64,000 nucleotides of DNA from Balanoglossus misakiensis (lineage: Eukaryota > Animalia > Hemichordata). The translations under genes and the position numbers were made by a program. The notes beneath the pieces are model-generated. The model worked only from the letters and a program-made list of their open reading frames with translations, ran no database searches and was not told the DNA's origin. Below, one piece after another: positions 63,169 to 64,000 of this stretch (its first letter is position 1; each line of letters begins with the position of its first letter). The DNA is taken from positions 14,515,903 to 14,579,902 of the forward strand of contig CM082577.2 in the NCBI GenBank assembly GCA_040954595.2, written 5' to 3'.

Positions 63169-63543
63169 TCAAAATACGACAAAATCTTTGTCATCAAGTA
63201 TTAATTCTGTCCGGACATGCGTCTTTTGTAGGGGCTGGTCTATGCAATAATGTTCAGTTGTGGGACTAATGTGGCTTGAGGTAAACAGTGAGCTACCAAA
63301 ATCCTCATCGATTAGTATGCTACTGCCGGCGTCGCTATTGTCAACGTCTGATGGGGTCGTGATACCAACATTTTCAGGCGGGTGTGAGTGGTCTGTTTTA
63401 TCATAGTCGCCAACTAACGTGCTGTCATCACTGTCAGAGTCTGACAAGAGTTTGTTACCACCATCTTGAAAGGAAGACAGTTCGTCTGCATTTGGTGATC
63501 TAGGCTCGTCGCCATGGTCCATGTATCCACTATGTTCAGACAT
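63169..63543 (-). CDS. Small acidic hypothetical protein
   Basis: D/S-rich 124 aa ATG ORF. Confidence 0.45.
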   Translation of the reverse strand: MSEHSGYMDHGDEPRSPNADELSSFQDGGNKLLSDSDSDDSTLVGDYDKTDHSHPPENVGITTPSDVDNSDAGSSILIDEDFGSSLFTSSHISPTTEHYCIDQPLQKTHVRTELILDDKDFVVF

Positions 63544-64000
63544 TCGATACTCTGTACAATCCTCTTATATTTAAGTCCACTCTTGACGCTAATACGTTTA
63601 AGTATATACCATGAGCCAACAGGGTACTGAAGAGTCCCCTGCTCCCGTGCAGCGACCTCCTTCTTCGCCCAAATCTTCAAAATCACCTCTGTCTAATGTC
63701 AGAGAAGCCGCAGATATCTTTATGAGGATGTTACAGATTACAGTGCTTAACGTAACCGATTCAAACCCTGAAGGCAACAACGAAAGCCATGACGACAGGA
63801 AGCACAAACAACTTGTATCTAGTCTCTCATGACTGTTCTTTGACACACATTGTTGGCACGCTCGAAGCACAATGTTCATTGGCGTGGCTTCGGTTCCTAT
63901 ACGAAAACAGACTGAGGCCATCGGCACCCAGAGAGACTGCCTCACTGACAACTGACTTATATGACATGGGAAAAACAATTGACAGGCACTATGTTAATGT

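Noticed and set aside
1-64000. Bacterial/phage, poxvirus or baculovirus origin; tRNA/rRNA genes
   Set aside because: Spliceosomal introns, AATAAA signals and ubiquitin genes indicate a eukaryotic nuclear virus; the assemblin-type protease argues against pox/baculo; no structural RNA recognised

Overview
Gene-dense segment of a large, nucleus-replicating eukaryotic dsDNA virus of the herpes/mirusvirus (Duplodnaviria, HK97-fold) type, most likely infecting or integrated in an invertebrate animal. It carries a virion module (assemblin-type protease/scaffold, probable triplex, ~1155 aa major capsid protein, plus a probable second triplex and portal), nucleotide enzymes (deoxynucleoside kinase, RNR small subunit), a Pol-delta-like family B polymerase with degenerate motifs, and many ubiquitin-system proteins (IAP-like BIR-RING, MARCH RING-CH, RING-H2, three BTB proteins, an OTU deubiquitinase). 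Features the ORF track misses: a spliced, tailless histone H3-like gene (42692-43084, minus strand); two more intron-containing genes, one with a GC-AG intron; and three host-type non-autonomous DNA transposons, all intergenic. One of these (16056-17687, TAA target duplication) has captured the p25-like core of an animal CDK5 activator and supplies its start codon. All family calls come from motif recognition by eye; no searches were run.
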